DNA of 64,000 nt from the human T2T-CHM13v2.0 reference genome, Homo sapiens, in assembly GCF_009914755.1 (NCBI RefSeq), contig NC_060945.1; one strand, 5' to 3'. A model generated the notes under the pieces. That model had not been told where the DNA came from and searched no databases. It saw only the letters and a program-made list of their open reading frames with translations. The translations under genes were made by a program, and so were the position numbers. Below are positions 12,576 through 35,832 of this stretch, one piece after another. Numbering within the stretch: the stretch's first letter is position 1; every line of letters begins with the position of its first letter.

Positions 12576-13589
12576 GTTCTTTTTTTTTTTTTTTTTCTGT
12601 ATATAAACTTCCATGCTATTAGCAGGTGGATATGTTTCATTAAAAAAAAAATAGTGCTTAACCTAAGCTTATTAGTTATCTGTCTTGTTGGAACACTTAG
12701 TTTATATACAGGATTTTTTCCATGCCTCCCTCAATAGTCCTACTTGCTTCTCTGTTTTCTCACCTTTGTACTCGGAGATTCATTTTAGGCAAGATTTCAG
12801 TTTGCGTGAAAGAATGCCAATCTCTGTCTTCTTCGCCAAGGGAAGCCTGGCCAAATTGCTATCAGTTTTGAAAAACCAAAGATAAATGTATGTGTCTTAA
12901 AGGTCTAATTGTATCATTTCCCTCTTTATACTTTGATTACTTTGACAGATGGGACCTTCACAATATATTCATTGTTCAGCTGGAAACCCTGGGAAGCAGT
13001 AATCTGAGCTCCTTGTCCTGAGGCCACTTGGTGGCCATCTCCATCCAATGTTGTCTGTGGACCCCAACAGAGGGGTAGGTAAAGAGTTATTAAGTCACTT
13101 GAAATTGCTTTTCGTGCACTGAAAAGTGGTTGGGCCATTTCAGGCCATAGCAGTGTGGCAGAATGCCCAACTGCCTACGTCAAGCAGTGTTTATAAATTA
13201 GAAATTACCAGCCATTTGGTTCTTTGCTGATCAGTCAGAGTCCCTGGAAGACTGTGCCGACGTGCCTGGGGCAGAGTTGTTACTGGACCAAACAAAGCAT
13301 AGCTCTTGGTTAATCAGTCATGATTTGTCTACCTGGCGGTGTAGATTGGAATATTTGGAAGAGATTTGGAAATATACATCTTTTCAATTGCAGTGCTATG
13401 TGGCTAATTATTCCAGCTAAAAGCAACAACTAAAACGGTTTTTTGTTAGTTTTCTTGCCTAGCATAGAAAACTGGCTATAAAATTCAATTCAGTATAATT
13501 TGCTCTAGATGTATTTCACTCAACTAGTTAACAAAGGTTTATTAACAGGAGGTACCGTGTGTCACACATGAAGCATGATAAGACTAGTC

Positions 13590-13790
13590 CTCCCACACCA
13601 TTTTTTTCTTGAGTCACTACATGAAGCTATATTAGTCATTTAATATATTAAAGGATTCACTTCACAACTCTAGGAGGAAGGTATGGCTAATGACCCCATT
13701 TTGCAGCTGAACAAACTGAATTTCAGAGAATTAAGCAAGTTTCCTAAGGGCCCCACAGCTAGAAAACCATGGAGCTGTAATCATGAATGC
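13590..13790 (-). mobile_element. MIR SINE fragment
   Basis: ccccattttgcagctgaacaaactgaatttcagagaattaagcaagtttcctaaggg...cacagctag. Confidence 0.7.
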
Positions 13791-14899
13791 AGCAGACTGA
13801 AATCATTCTTGCCTTTTAGTTGGTGACCTCAACCACCCCAGAATCTCCTTAGAGTTTCTGATAATCTCCTGACCAGGTCCAGGTGATCCCTACAATGCTC
13901 ATCTTTTCCTTTCTGGGCAGCCTGGAGCAATTCTCAGCCTGTAGTAATTATTGCTGACCAGCTGACTCCTATCCCCAGACCAGCCCAGCAACCCCCTGCC
14001 AGTCCCCCTCAAAAGCCATAGTCCAGGCTGAGGTCAGGCCACCTTTCTTAGTTCCTGTCTCTTGAAAATCAGTCCTGCCATGACTTGGCTGCCCACTTCA
14101 CAGAACGATGGCAGGCCACGATCATTGCTTTAGGGTACTTGGAGACTGGGAAGAATAAAATGAGAGGAGAGAAAATGTTTGGACCAAAGGAAAAATGGAT
14201 AGAACGAAACAGTAAAATAGACTTGAAATTAAATGCACCCAATTGAACATATATGCTTATCTCCCAAAATCCCCCAAATGGTAAGAACATAGAGACAAAG
14301 AGCAGACAAAACAGCAGATGAGTCATCACCAAATGGTAACTCACACAGATTTGAACTTTCTGGGAATGTACACGCCTAATGAAAAGAAGCCAAAAACAGA
14401 CCACAAAACCTTGAAAACACTCAGGGACTAGAAGCACCAGGTAGCTCAGAAAGAGGAGTGTGGGAGGCTGCTGACCCAGATGAATGGAATGAAACATTGT
14501 AGGGAACAGTTATATCCTCAGATGCCTTCTCTCATCCCACAAAGCTGAGCAGCTGTCCGTCCTTGACTCTGGGAGAAAGGCGTTATCATCAAGATTTCCA
14601 TAAGTGGACAGAAGACACACTGACCATGAAAGGAAGGCCAGCACTGGGTGATCATTTTCATTCTAAATGGTGAGACATCTGATCCACTCTTTCTCTTTCC
14701 TTCCCCTGGAAGATTCAGATTGAAGGATGCTAGCTTTATATCCTGACTGGCAGGAGAATGGAGGACCAACTTTAGCAGAATTTATTAGTCCTAGAGAAAA
14801 CAGTTGCAGACAACAAGGCTGGTCTCTCGTAGCTTACTACCAGTTCTCAAAGCCATACTCTGAAGTGGAGTAACATCCAATTATTTGAGACATGCGGCT

Positions 14900-16250
14900 A
14901 TTATTAAATAAAAAATCCAAAACAGAAAAAAATGAACTTACATGAAACAGGATAAATGAAAAAATAAACTTTAAAACTTTAATTAATTTAATCAGATAGT
15001 TAAGAAGTTGCATTTTTTAAACAACAGAAGATAATTTAGGACATCTCTTGAGTAGGAGGATAACTATTCAAAAGAAACTGAAATTGAAAATAAGTGAGAA
15101 AAGGTAAGAAAATTAGAGAGTCAAATCTGATATCCAACAGACAGATCGTAGGAGCACTATAAATTGAGAAGATAGAAAATGAAGGGTAGGAAATAGGAAA
15201 TAATAAAAGAAAATTTTATAGCACTCCAGACACGAGTTTTAAGATAGTTCTTGCATATAGCTAGAGCTTGATAAATGTCTGCAGCACAAATTCTAAAGAG
15301 TTTACTTGCAGGCATTGCAGTGAATGAAAAGAATCCTCAGTGGGAAAGCCTGAGACAATGAGAGTACCTTAAAAGCTTGCAGAGAAAGATTAGCATTAAA
15401 ATGGCTTCGGAATTACTGATAGCCTCCCTGGAAGCTAGAATTCAGTGGAGAAAACCTGTGAAATTTGAGGGAACATAATTAACAACACAAAATCCTATAT
15501 CAATCCAAATTATAAATCAATTATGTGGGTAAAATAAAGACATCTTTAGACATGCAGAAAAATTTCAAAACAATCATCCATCCCTCCGCCTATTCCCAGG
15601 CATGCTGACTTTCCTGGGAGGATACTGATGTATGTGTTCCCAAAATCAAAGCCTCCAAATCAAAAAAGACAAATGATTCAGGAACTGGGACCCAACAGGG
15701 AAGAAAAGCTAAGGGAATTCCCAGGATGAAGATGAAGGAAAGTCCCAGGAAAATAACTACACTGAGGCCAGCAGAGCAATCAGTTCAGATCAGAATAGAA
15801 ACCAGATGGTTCCAGGAGGGGTATCACCAAGAAAACCATAAAACCAGTCTGAATGACTACATTTATAAGGCTTACAGTTCAGTCAGACAGATTATAGACA
15901 CATTAATTATAGACACAAGCAAATAAATGAGGCAATTATTAAATCCAGGAAAAATAAAAAGTTATACAAGAAAAGAAATATTAGCATGTTTTCTACAAGA
16001 CTTGATATAAACAAAAATCTAACTTAAACATAACCACGCAGACACCAAATCTTGACTTTAAGATGTACCAAGGAACTACCATGGAAGGATAAAGTATGTG
16101 TGTTAGCATTGGCGTAAGACAGCTAAATCCTAGTCTTTGTTAGAAGGAAGTAAAAAGACAACTTACAAAATTGAAAAAGCTCTAAAAGCAATAGATGCAT
16201 TTTATTTGGAAACATGAAGTTAAAGGGCAGAAGAGACAAGCAAGCAAAGC
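14900..16250 (+). mobile_element. Very old L1M/HAL1-like ORF1 region fragment
   Basis: A-rich sense strand with ORF1-like phrases (ctggaagctagaattcagtggag, aaaatcctatatcaatccaaattat, ggtaaaataaagacatctttagacatgcag). Subfamily and ends uncertain. Confidence 0.55.
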
Positions 16251-16737
16251 AATAAAAAATGACCAATCTGAGGCACAGGACTAGTGGGTAAGAAGTTTGG
16301 AGTAAGGCACTATTCTTTTTACTTAAAGGAGTTGTGTCACTTGGCTTTCTAAACAAGGCCCATAATTGGAAATAAAAGACAAGGAAGAAAGACAAAAAAG
16401 AAAAAAAGAACAAGAGAGGAAGAGGCAGGGACGGAGAGAGAAAGGTGAAGGAATGGAAAGGGAGGGAAGGAATATAACATATCACTAGAAAAGTATTCAG
16501 TGAACTGGTACTGGATGCTTTGCGTTCTCAGTGGATGAAGGAACGGCTATGCCAGGACAATCAGGGCAGGATCTTATAAAGGAGGTGAAACTGAAAGGAC
16601 AGGTATGGTTTAGACAAGTGGTGAGGACTGTGGAGGGGAGGGTTTATGTAACCCAAAGGCACCATATGAAGTAGTCACTAAGGTAGGTTTACAGGCAGTG
16701 TGTTTAAGGCCTCTAGGAGTCCATAGAATGATACCTT

Positions 16738-17488
16738 TGCTGGGGCCCAGTCCTCCAAAGTATGGCACTGCAGCATGCTGAGCACTTTGAACTACAGGAA
16801 ATTAAAAGGCCTTAGAAGCAGACTCAGAAACAGGGACTTTCTGATCTTCTCGTTTCTCCTCCTCACCAAGGACAGATAGATAGAAAGTATATCTATTACA
16901 GAGAGAGCTTCTCTCTGGAAGTTCTCTAGTATGGCTGTAGAAACTTCTTCCAAAAGAAACGCAATTATCTTAAAACCCCCTCCCTAGGAATCTCATCAAA
17001 TAAGCAAAGAAGATTAAGCGCAGAGAAAAGACAATGCTGTCACCATGCCCATGCCAAACACTTTTCATCTATTCTTCTGAGACTAGCTCTGAGAAGTTAC
17101 CTGGGAGATTTTACCTATGTAAGAAGACAACCTTTGCTCACTGTGGAGTTCTGTCCCTCACTTTTCTGCAATTTGTTGGAACATCCTTCAGAGATCAGAG
17201 AAGCTTTGTTCTAGGACATTGGCTGTTCTTGGGACTCATTCAATCTCCCTGAAAGTCACTTACTACCCCTTAAAATTACCTACATTTCTCATTTCTCTCT
17301 TCCCTATGAAGAGAGTATTTAAGCTTCAACCACCTTGCCCTTCTTTGAGTTTCATATTTTGTATGGTTCCCGTAAACACTTACATGTTAATAAATTTGTG
17401 TGCTTTTCCTCTTGTAAATCCATTGTCAGTTTATTTTAGCAGACTTGAAACTTCAGAGGGGGAGGAAAAAATTCCCATCATCCCTACA
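16738..17488 (+). mobile_element. ERV1-class solo LTR (MER34/MER39-like)
   Basis: Begins tgctggggcccag...caaagtatggcactgcagcatgctgagcactttgaact; contains aataaa near 17389; ends ccctaca, so TG...CA termini. Confidence 0.7.
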
Positions 17489-18664
17489 ACTTCGTTTGAA
17501 ATGAAAAGACATCTCTAAGATTTGGTAGTTTTTTAAGCTGGGTAATGGTATAGGGCAGCTCTATCTTTACGATGTTAAAATTTTGCTAGTTAAAAAAACA
17601 AAAAACTAAATGGTACATTCTTGAAGTAGATGCAGGCCCACCCCATAGGCAAAAGACTTGTGAACAGATGATGGGCATGTGCAGATTTGAATGGTATCGC
17701 TTCTTCCTGGGGGACATAATACCATTTGCCAGGACACATGAGTTGGTAAGCAGAGTGTGAGCAGAATTTCAGTCTTCTCTTAATCCCTTGGCGGAGTAAT
17801 CTCAAAGTCCCTGTTTTGGGTCCGTGATTCATGCCCTCCTGAGCCTGACCGTGGAAGGATCAGAAAGCATAGCCAGCGAGTAAGCAACAACGGGGATGTA
17901 TCTGCCCATTCCCTTCCTGCTACGAGCTTTCGGACATAACACAGAATTGAGCTGTCAGAGAAGAGGAGGACTAAATAGGCATGGGTCTGGAGTTCTGATT
18001 ATGACTCTGTACTAGATATTTCAGTTGATAAAATGAGATCTTATTTGTAACTCAGAGTGACTGGATGAATTTTTATTGTGTGAATTCTTGAGATTTAATC
18101 CAAGCAGTAGGAAAAGACGAGTTTGCAGGCAGGTTTAAGTGGGCAAATGGGCACTGAACACAAAATCAAAGTTATTTTCTGTGTCTAGCTGGTGCATTAA
18201 AATAATTGTGAAATGATTCTATTATGTTAATGAAAGTGTATCTATTACTATCAGTTAGATCGAAAACAGATAAATCAGACACTGTCTATTACTGTATCTG
18301 CTAGACATTATGCCTTAATACTTCAATATTAGCCAGAGTAATAGTTCCACAATCCCACATGCCTAGAGAGCAATTCAGAAGAGGCTACAAAAATTTAACA
18401 TGATAAATAGTGAATGTCAAATAATTTTGTAATGGTATCAAATCACTTTGACAGACTTAACTTTATTTTGAGTTTATCTCAATCTAGTTTCACTTAAGTT
18501 GAAAAGTAGTTTGTTTTCTACATTGGGATGTTTCAAATACATATATACATGCATTTTTAGAATACCTGTAGTTTCAAAAATACCTCAGAAACGGAATGAG
18601 CTTTGGAATTTCCATCACCTTCTGACAATGGTGCATAGAACCCTGTATGGTTTTCGTTTTTCTA

Positions 18665-20040
<1,376 letters not shown>

Positions 20041-20299
20041 CCTATAAAGGCAGGGGGATGCTGGAGATGTTCAATGCTAAATAAAATGTAGTTTATGACC
20101 TAAATGCATGTATATGACAAGAGATGCCATCACTGGTATGATAAAACCATAAAGAATATTCTGTGCAGAGTTGATCATTTCTTTTAAGGCCAGTTTTCCC
20201 ACCTTCTTGGCTTGGCTAACACTATACCTCTTTCAAGTTTCAGATGAGACAGAATTTTTCTAGAAAGCCCTATGTGCTTTCTCTCACCATCTCATAATG

Positions 20300-20435
20300 T
20301 CATCTTGAAGTAGTATCATTACTAACCCAATCTTAACAGATGAGGAAGCTGAGGCTCAAAAATGGCAAAAAATTTTCCCAAATTTATACAAGCAATTTAT
20401 TGTGGGGTGAATATTTCAAACCAAGTCTATCTTCA
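20300..20435 (-). mobile_element. MIR SINE fragment
   Basis: cccaatcttaacagatgaggaagctgaggctcaaa. Confidence 0.6.
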
Positions 20436-21279
20436 AAGCCAGTGAAGATTTTGGTCTTATTTACTATCTTGGTAATGGGTTTATAACCAGGTGATTATTT
20501 CTGAAAGGAGATGATAACCCTTTAAACTGTACATCACATATCATTTCAGCTGCAAAAAATTAAAAATGTGATTATTCAAGTTCATAAATTATATTTTACG
20601 CATAATCAATTTAACGGTAGAAGCTTTTCAGGAGGCTCATTGGGAAATCATAATGAAAGTGAGACAAGAATTGTCTTTTGGTCTACGTATATTCTGAATG
20701 AGTGCCCCAAAGAAGAGAGCTTCACCTTGCAACTCTCACCACTCTTCTCAGAGGGTGTGTGTCAGAGAATTAAGTATACTGAGGTTGCACATTGACACAA
20801 CACACTTTGAAGAGGATGGTGACTTTTATTATAGATAAGAGGCAAATATTGGGAAATAGAAACATGTCTCTGAAAGTGAAATTCAAAGGCAAAAGAAGAT
20901 TGTATATTAACTGTACTTATATTTGAAAATATAAAGCATGAAATATATAAAAATATAAAAGATATGTCATAATTTTTAAAGATATGAATATAGCTGTATG
21001 AATATCATAAGCAAGAAAAGAAGTTCTATTTGTGAGTCGACCCTCTCAAAATGAGATTGATGATGAATGCCATGTTACTTCAATTGTTAAGTATTCTTCT
21101 GCTATGTCATAATGATAAAAATGTCACAACCATTTAATTATTAATTTCTCATACGATGGGTAAGTTAGATTCAGAAAATGAACTCTTGTGCAGTATGAAC
21201 TCATTCTACCTCACCAAGAAGCTATAAGAAAAGGCTTTTTGTAAGCCTCATACATCCTGTGCATAGCATACAGGATCTA

Positions 21280-21420
21280 ATGTAAACTTCACAATAATTC
21301 TGCAAGGCAAGAAGGATTGTCCCTCTTTTGCAGATTCAGAAACTGGGGCTCAGAAGGATCTTAGAAGTGGCTCCATGTTCACAGCTGGTTAGCTGGCAAA
21401 GAGAGATTCAAGATTTTCAA
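21280..21420 (-). mobile_element. MIR SINE fragment
   Basis: ccctcttttgcagattcagaaactggggctcagaagg...cacagctggttag. Confidence 0.6.
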
Positions 21421-23112
21421 ATTCAAGATTTTCAAATCTTTCAAAAAGAGATTTTAAATAGTGCCCCATTACCCATGCTTTTTCTACTAGGCTGTACCCA
21501 GTCTCAAAATTCCTGGCTTCCAGCCGTTCACTTAAGATACTGGTTTAAGCTGCCTGTAGATAAGAAGATAATGTGTTAAGACACTGAACGCTGACATAGA
21601 GATTTTAGTCCTCTTCAGTAAGAATCAATTTTTCAAAATCTGGAGCAAACTCAAAAGCTCCATTTTTGGATGATACTAGTATAATCACCAAAATTGAGTC
21701 ATCCCTTAAACAGTAATAATTTGCACAATAGTAAACTCCCTTTGTTCTGATGGCCAGTATTTCTTAGGGGTAATACTTCACCCTGCATTCATTGAGAGGC
21801 CATGTGGCATCTCTGTGACTTTTGACACCAAGATCTGACCTTTCTGTGGGCCATCCAGGGCTTAGCCACTGACATCAACCACTCCTTTTACTATACCATT
21901 TCATGTTCTGTGGCTCTTAAACAAGAACAGATAGCATGATGTCCTCTGTTAAAAACCTAAGAAATCAAATTATCCTGTTATTAAACTTGTCCTGACATAA
22001 GTTACATGTTTTTGGTGTGATAGATGTGTGTATGGCGACAGAAAGCCAAGCATAGCTTGCAGTTTCCTGAAAGGATCTGCAGAAAAACTGAAATCTGGGA
22101 GTCATTTTGAAGTCAAGACTGTGGCCATAAATGTACTATTATTTCACTCAGTGGAACTGAGCACCTTCCTCAGGAGAGTCCTAAACAGAAACGGGAGGAC
22201 AGGAAGTGAGCCAGATACTATTCTGAGCTTCACACTTCCCAAAGTCCTCCAGGAAGAATCTCAGCCATTACGACATCATTGTCTCTTGGGACCTCCACAA
22301 TTAGGTACTTTCCTGAGAAAACATCCATGATTCCTTGTTTTCCTGCTTTTTCTGTTTCTTACTATGGTCCTTTGTACATGTGTTTCCCCATTCTTCTGCA
22401 TTAAATGAAGCTTTTGAAAACAGACAATGAGATGTCTTGTCTTTCTCTACAGCACCTCTTCCCACTTCCCCCTTCCCCCAGTCCCACCTGGGCATCCATT
22501 GCTGGTAGGTAGGAGAGAAACTGACCTGCAATATTAAAGGTGAACCAAAGCCCTAGATATCCCAAAAGGGAGCTCTGAAGAGGGAATTACCTGTCAGGTT
22601 TCCCCATGTAGCAGGGTCTTCTTTTTCCCTCACACACACCTTTGCTTATCGCTGGATGCAGGTGCCCTGGAGTGGGTGGGACCTCAGGAGAGGTAGGCTG
22701 CACTCTGTAGCTGAGGTCAACCTCAAGGGGGCACTGGTTGGAGGCTGTCTGCTGACCACATGCCCTGAAGCTGGGCACCACATCTCTCCCTACAGGAGGA
22801 TCTGGGTGGGACATCTAGGTGACCAACACACTTCCCATGTTACTCCACAAAAATGTTCTTCCTTACCATACACATATTGATGATGGCTACTAAAATATCA
22901 CCTTCCAGATATTAATTTTAATGCAAACATTTCTGAGAAGTAACCCTTTAAGCTGGTACCCACTATCAATTTCTTGGTGAAACAGCTTCCTTTCTTTCCC
23001 ATGAGAAAGTTTTAAAAGGAACAAGAAGGCATTAGGTACAGCAGCCAAAGAGCATGGTGCATTTGGGTGTGTGGGGGCATCAACCAATGCCACTCCTTAG
23101 TGTGGGGCCATT

Positions 23113-23534
23113 ACATTAGTGTAATGTGTTTTGTGTTGCTATAAAGGAATAGCTGAGACTGGTTAGTTTAAGAAGAAAAGGGGTTTATTTAGCTCATGGT
23201 TCTGCAGGCGATATATGCATGGCACCAGCATTAGCTTGGCTTCTGGTGAAGCCCCAGGAAGCTTTTACTTATGGCAGAAGATGAAGAGGGAGCAGGTGTG
23301 TCATCCAGCAAGAGAGGGAGCAAGAGAGAGGAGGAGGTGCCAGGCTGCTTTAAACAATCAGCTCTTGAGTAAACTAATAGAGTGAGAACTCACTCATTGC
23401 CGTGGGGAGGTCACCAGGCCATTCATGAGGGATCCACCCCCATGATCCAAATACCTTCCACTAGGCCCCGCCTCTAACACTGGGGATCACGTTTCCACAT
23501 GAGATTCGGAGGGGACAAACATCCAAACCATATC
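23113..23534 (-). mobile_element. MST-type (ERVL-MaLR) solo LTR
   Basis: tgtgttgctataaaggaatagctgagactgg ... ggatccacccccatgatccaaatacc ... ggacaaacatccaaaccatatca. A MIR piece follows at ~23540-23630. Confidence 0.88.
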
Positions 23535-24477
23535 AGCAATCTCCTCACTTTACAGATGAGGAGACCAAGGTTCCAAGAAGTGAGGTGGCCCAGGCAGAGC
23601 CCTCCAACTGGTGAGGACGGAACACAGTCTCCTCCTCTGAGCTCTTCCCTTTTGCCTCTTCTCATGCAAGCATACAGAGAACTGGAGGGGCTTTGCCAGC
23701 ACAGACAGGGTATTTGTTTTTAAAGTATAAAATAGTGCCTCTGCCTCAGAAGAGTCATTTGGTCTTCACTCATAAACAGAATAGAGCTCTAGTGCTGGGA
23801 GTGAACTCATTGCTATGCGTGTGTGGACAGTGAGGAATAATGGTTTACTAGTGTGGGAAAAACACAAAAACAAGATCTCTCTAATCTCTCTAAATCTTAT
23901 TTCTTCATAGCTCAGGTGGGGATAATGAATCCTGCTTGCTTATTTCCCAGTGTGGCTGTGAAACTTTAGGAAGAATAAGCTAGTCAGTATTTAGTATAGT
24001 ATTATTTAACAGCAAGCAAGCACTTATTTCAAAAATCCTTTTAGACCTGCTGATAATTTGAAATATTCAAGAAGTGGGACTGCCTGGGTTCTGGACAATC
24101 TCAATGAAGTCCAGCTGTAAACTCTGGTCTAGCTGTACCATTAGGGCCTACTGGGTGAAAACCAGACTTACCTTTAAGATTCTAGTCCCCAACACATATG
24201 GCCTCTTCGATATGATTTTTGAGATGTGTTTGTCTTACTGAAGTCCACTGGGCTAAGAAATTACTTTGGGCTACTGTGCAGCAATGCTTTGTGTTTGCCT
24301 ATTAGATTCCATTTTTAAAGGGCAATTCCTATCTATTGGGCTCTTACTAAGTGATATTCTCTCCAGTGTTATAGATCCCATTTTCTATTAAGCATCTAAT
24401 ATACATCAGATACTTATAGGTTTAAAATTATTTTTAGCATACAACAATGTGAAACAAAATGATGCTCTAATAAAGAC

Positions 24478-24533
24478 GACAACAACAAAAGCAATGGCAA
24501 CAACAACAAAACAACAGCAACAGCAACAACAAA
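24478..24533. repeat. Degenerate (CAA/CAG)n trinucleotide tract
   Basis: gacaacaacaaaagcaatggcaacaacaacaaaacaacagcaacagcaacaacaaa. Confidence 0.8.
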
Positions 24534-25464
24534 ACCATCAGGTTCTATGTAAAGCAGGTGGCAAGAAGAAATGGCATTAAAATAGCGCAGGGCCAAGGAA
24601 TCTCAAGAGAGGCCCTGACAATTGGCACTGAATGTTGATTCTTCAGTAATTACGGAGCTCAGTGACCTGAGAAGAATTGGTGGTGAGCAAGCTTGCCTCA
24701 GCTATGCTTCCCACCCCCGTGTTTGTGCCAGCTGGGGGCCCAGGGCTGGTTTAAATTCTAGCAAGACTCTCATACCAGTGCAAACATTTACAAAATACTG
24801 GGTGTTTATCTTGGCCTCGAAGAAAGGTAAGCATCTTTTGGAGTTCACCTGACATTAAAAACATATTTAAACTTGGGGTATTGGCCTGTTGAAATTGTCC
24901 TATATGGATGTATTTGTGATGATTTAGGATGATTTTATAATAGTAATTCCCCACCCTTAACATTCTGTATATTCGCCAACATTTATTGAATGGGAACTAG
25001 GATGGGGAGGTGGAACACCTCAAAGGCCAAGTCTGACATTATGCATCCCATAATAGTAGTACTGCAGTGCTCAGGACTGAACTGCAAGGAATTATTATCA
25101 TACTGTTTTTCCTGTAAAACAGTGATGTATATGAAATACTGAGAGTAGGGCTACGCAGTGACTTGCTTTTTCAGTGGTGCTAGATTCTTCTATTCTCTCC
25201 TGACCTCTCACTGAGAACACTGAAAAAGGTTAAGAGGCCAAAGAGTAGCTACAGAGAGAAAATACATTGCTCTGTCCTCATTAACACAGTGCTCAAACCA
25301 AGTGAGGCAAAAGGTTTAGAGAAACAATTTCCCTTTCAATGCCCAAGTAATGTTAATCTGTAAAAATTATCTATGTACTTTGTGCCAAATAAGGTAAACA
25401 ATAAAAGTAGAGAGCTATTTCCTTTACACTAAAAGATGAAAAGTAGCAAATTGGTCGAGAGGGA

Positions 25465-26170
25465 GAAAATTGGATGGAAGTTCAAACTTTTCCTCTGCAA
25501 GTTTGATAACGGAATCTGCCAAAGTAAACTGGCAATAGAAAGATTAATGGGAGAAAAGTTAAACAAATTTATAATGCATAAGTGCATGGGAGTCACATAA
25601 GGTATAAAACTCAAGGGCTAGAAGGTTGAAGATTAAATGTCCTCTTTATAGGAAAGAGGAAAGTAGTAGATATAGGCAATTGTAGTAGAAGAGAAAATGA
25701 TTTCTAGAGGAGATTAATGGGTCTGAAGAACAAACAGTTGCCTGGGATAATTTTCCTCCAGGCTCTGGGTACATGGTTACAATTTACAGAAAGGTAAGGG
25801 GCAGGACTGCACTGTGAACAGAGGTTGTCTTATTATGGAGATAAAGTCCCTCAGGTAACAGTTCTCATAGGAATAGATAAAAAGCCTGTTTGGGTGGGTG
25901 TGGTCATGGTCTTAGTTTCCTTTTCCATGATTAATATTCCCTGGTTAGTGAGGGGAACAGGGGATCGAAGGCAATTGTGTTTTTTGGAAGAACTTCCCTT
26001 AGTCAGATAAGAAAACTTCAGAGAGAGCTCCTGCCTGTGCTTGGAGGGAGAAATTAAGGGAGGGCCAGAGAAACTTCAATTCTGGGGCAGCTTCTAAGTC
26101 CTTCCAACTTCCTTTAATACAAAGTGCTCAGCATGCAAAAGTGCCGTACCTTGGGGTATCATTTTCTGTT
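25465..26170 (-). mobile_element. ERV1-class solo LTR (MER34/MER39-like), related to the element at 16738-17488
   Basis: The reverse complement begins cagaaaatgataccccaaggtacggcacttttgcatgctgagcactttg...ggacttagaagc, closely matching the start of the 16.7-kb LTR. Confidence 0.7.
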
Positions 26171-27059
26171 GACTAGCCCAAAAGAATGAAGCTTAAAAAA
26201 AAAAGAGAATCTCCAAATTTTTCTAATTTATAAAAATTGAATGAATGTGGCATTGAATGTGTATATATAATCACTTTTACTTTCAGGAGTATCTTCCAAC
26301 TCTGAAATTCTATGATTCTAAGACACATTCTATGTAATATCTTTCCTTGAAAAGATGTATTTTCTCTCTGATACCTAAAATCCTTTCCTTTGGATAGAGA
26401 AAGGATTTTCTTCCTTTTATATACATGCATTCACCACAAATTAATCAAGCAGAATATTGCTGGTACTTAAAAACAAATAAGCTGTAGCTCCTGTCCTCAA
26501 AGAGCTTACAGTCTAGGCAAAGATAAGTCATTAATTCATTAATAGACCTTACTGAAAATTTTGCAAGTGGAAGTTCACTTTCTAGTTTTCTCTGTCACAC
26601 TAAGATGAGATATCACAAAGAGCTACAAAGAATCAGGCTCAATTTTCATCCATAGACTAAACATATTTCATTTCAGTGATGATATATTTCTATGATGTGT
26701 TTTGATGAATACAGCTATCATTACATAGGGCTCCTTGAGAACTCTGAATGTTCAAAAATAGGAATTAGCACTACAATAAAAAGTATATATAGGTATTTTT
26801 GGCAGAGTATATACTGTAATCAGTAAAACATAAAATGGCTTTAAAAATATGTAAGATATGTTTACAGGGATTTAAAACAGAGTGTCTTAACCATTTTAAA
26901 GTAATATAGTGCTAAAGTGCATGCTGAGTAATTCCAGGAGGTCTTCTTTTTTTTTTTTTTTTTTTTTTGGTGGTTGTATAATTTAAATGATTCTTAATTT
27001 TAAAATGCATTTTTGGCCAAGACATTTAATGTTGAAAAGTGCCTATTCAGCATGCAAGA

Positions 27060-34806
<7,747 letters not shown>

Positions 34807-34855
34807 TCAAATAACTGATACTTGGGTGGTAATGAATGTGGAAGATGTCTCGTTG
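34807..34855 (-). CDS. Predicted terminal coding exon portion: (D)NETSSTFITTQVSVI*
   Basis: Acceptor ttcatttttgtaattccag| at 34856-34857. The phase-2 join with the 58-nt exon gives GA|C = Asp and reads open to TGA at 34809-34807. Confidence 0.6.
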
Positions 34856-35482
34856 CTGGAATTACAAAAATGAACTTTCCTCTTCTGATTTCATTCATGG
34901 GCTAGTTTTTATGAGTAAAATGATATCAAAGACTTGGAGGGATGGAATATTGCCTCAAAATGTCAAGACAATATAAGTTACAGAATGTACAAGTTGGAGA
35001 AGAAAGAAAAGGGTGGGAACATAGAATTAGGTGTCCCTTTAAAAACAAAGAAGAAAGCAAAATACTCAGCAAGTATATAAACAAGTACAAACTGCACATC
35101 TATTTTGGAAAATGTTTTTGTATCTCCAGGCTTTCTGGATCCCTTACATTTAAGTCATGAGAATCTCTGGGTTATTTTGTCACATAAAAGAGTATAAAAC
35201 CCCCATCAAATCAACAAATAGGTTTGCTCCCTCAGATGAGATTTAACTGAAACTTGGAACAAAAACAGTGAGGTTCATCAGATAAACATATGCCAAATTT
35301 AAGACTTCTATCTGTTCTTAAATGGATGCTATAGATTGTCTGCAAGAACTACTCCCTTCAACTTCAGATGTGATAAAGCTTGATATGATGCTCTTAGACC
35401 TTGAAACAGAAACCATATGTGGCAATAAACAAACAAACAAAATCCCTGGATACTGCAAAGGAAAAAAAAACAGAAAACTTAC

Positions 35483-35540
35483 TCGATTTTAGAAGACTTG
35501 AAAAAGTTGTAATTATCTTCCTTGATGTACACGGTGTTCA
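35483..35540 (-). CDS. Predicted internal exon (58 nt): (V)NTVYIKEDNYNFFKSSKI(D)
   Basis: Strong acceptor (gctgag, long pyrimidine tract, cctgtcag|) and donor |gtaagt. Only one frame is open (phase 1 in, phase 2 out), and it matches the downstream exon. Confidence 0.72.
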
Positions 35541-35832
35541 CTGACAGGAAAAAAAAAAGAAATCTCAGCACCTAAAAACTTATATATTTGCACATTTATG
35601 TTCAAATTATTCTCTAAATGGCTTGAAATAATTGCCTCTTCTGCTTTGTATTAACTAAACTTTTTTTTTTTTTTTTTTGTCAAGTCATGGTTCTTTTTCT
35701 AGTATCTGAAAATGTGCCAAACTAAATGTCAGTGCCTTCATAAGGAAGATTTAGAGTTCCTTTTGGAGCAGATAGAAGCCTCAAATGACAAACACGCTTA
35801 TCCTGAATGCCCCTCCTGCTGGTGTGACTTAC

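Noticed and set aside
12600-13400. gag gene upstream of the gypsy pol remnant
   Set aside because: I found no capsid or CCHC motifs on the minus strand; similarity stops at the A/T tract near 12580-12596.
26947-26968. Poly-T tract as the tail of a processed pseudogene
   Set aside because: No adjacent recognisable coding sequence or TSD; treated as a simple homopolymer.
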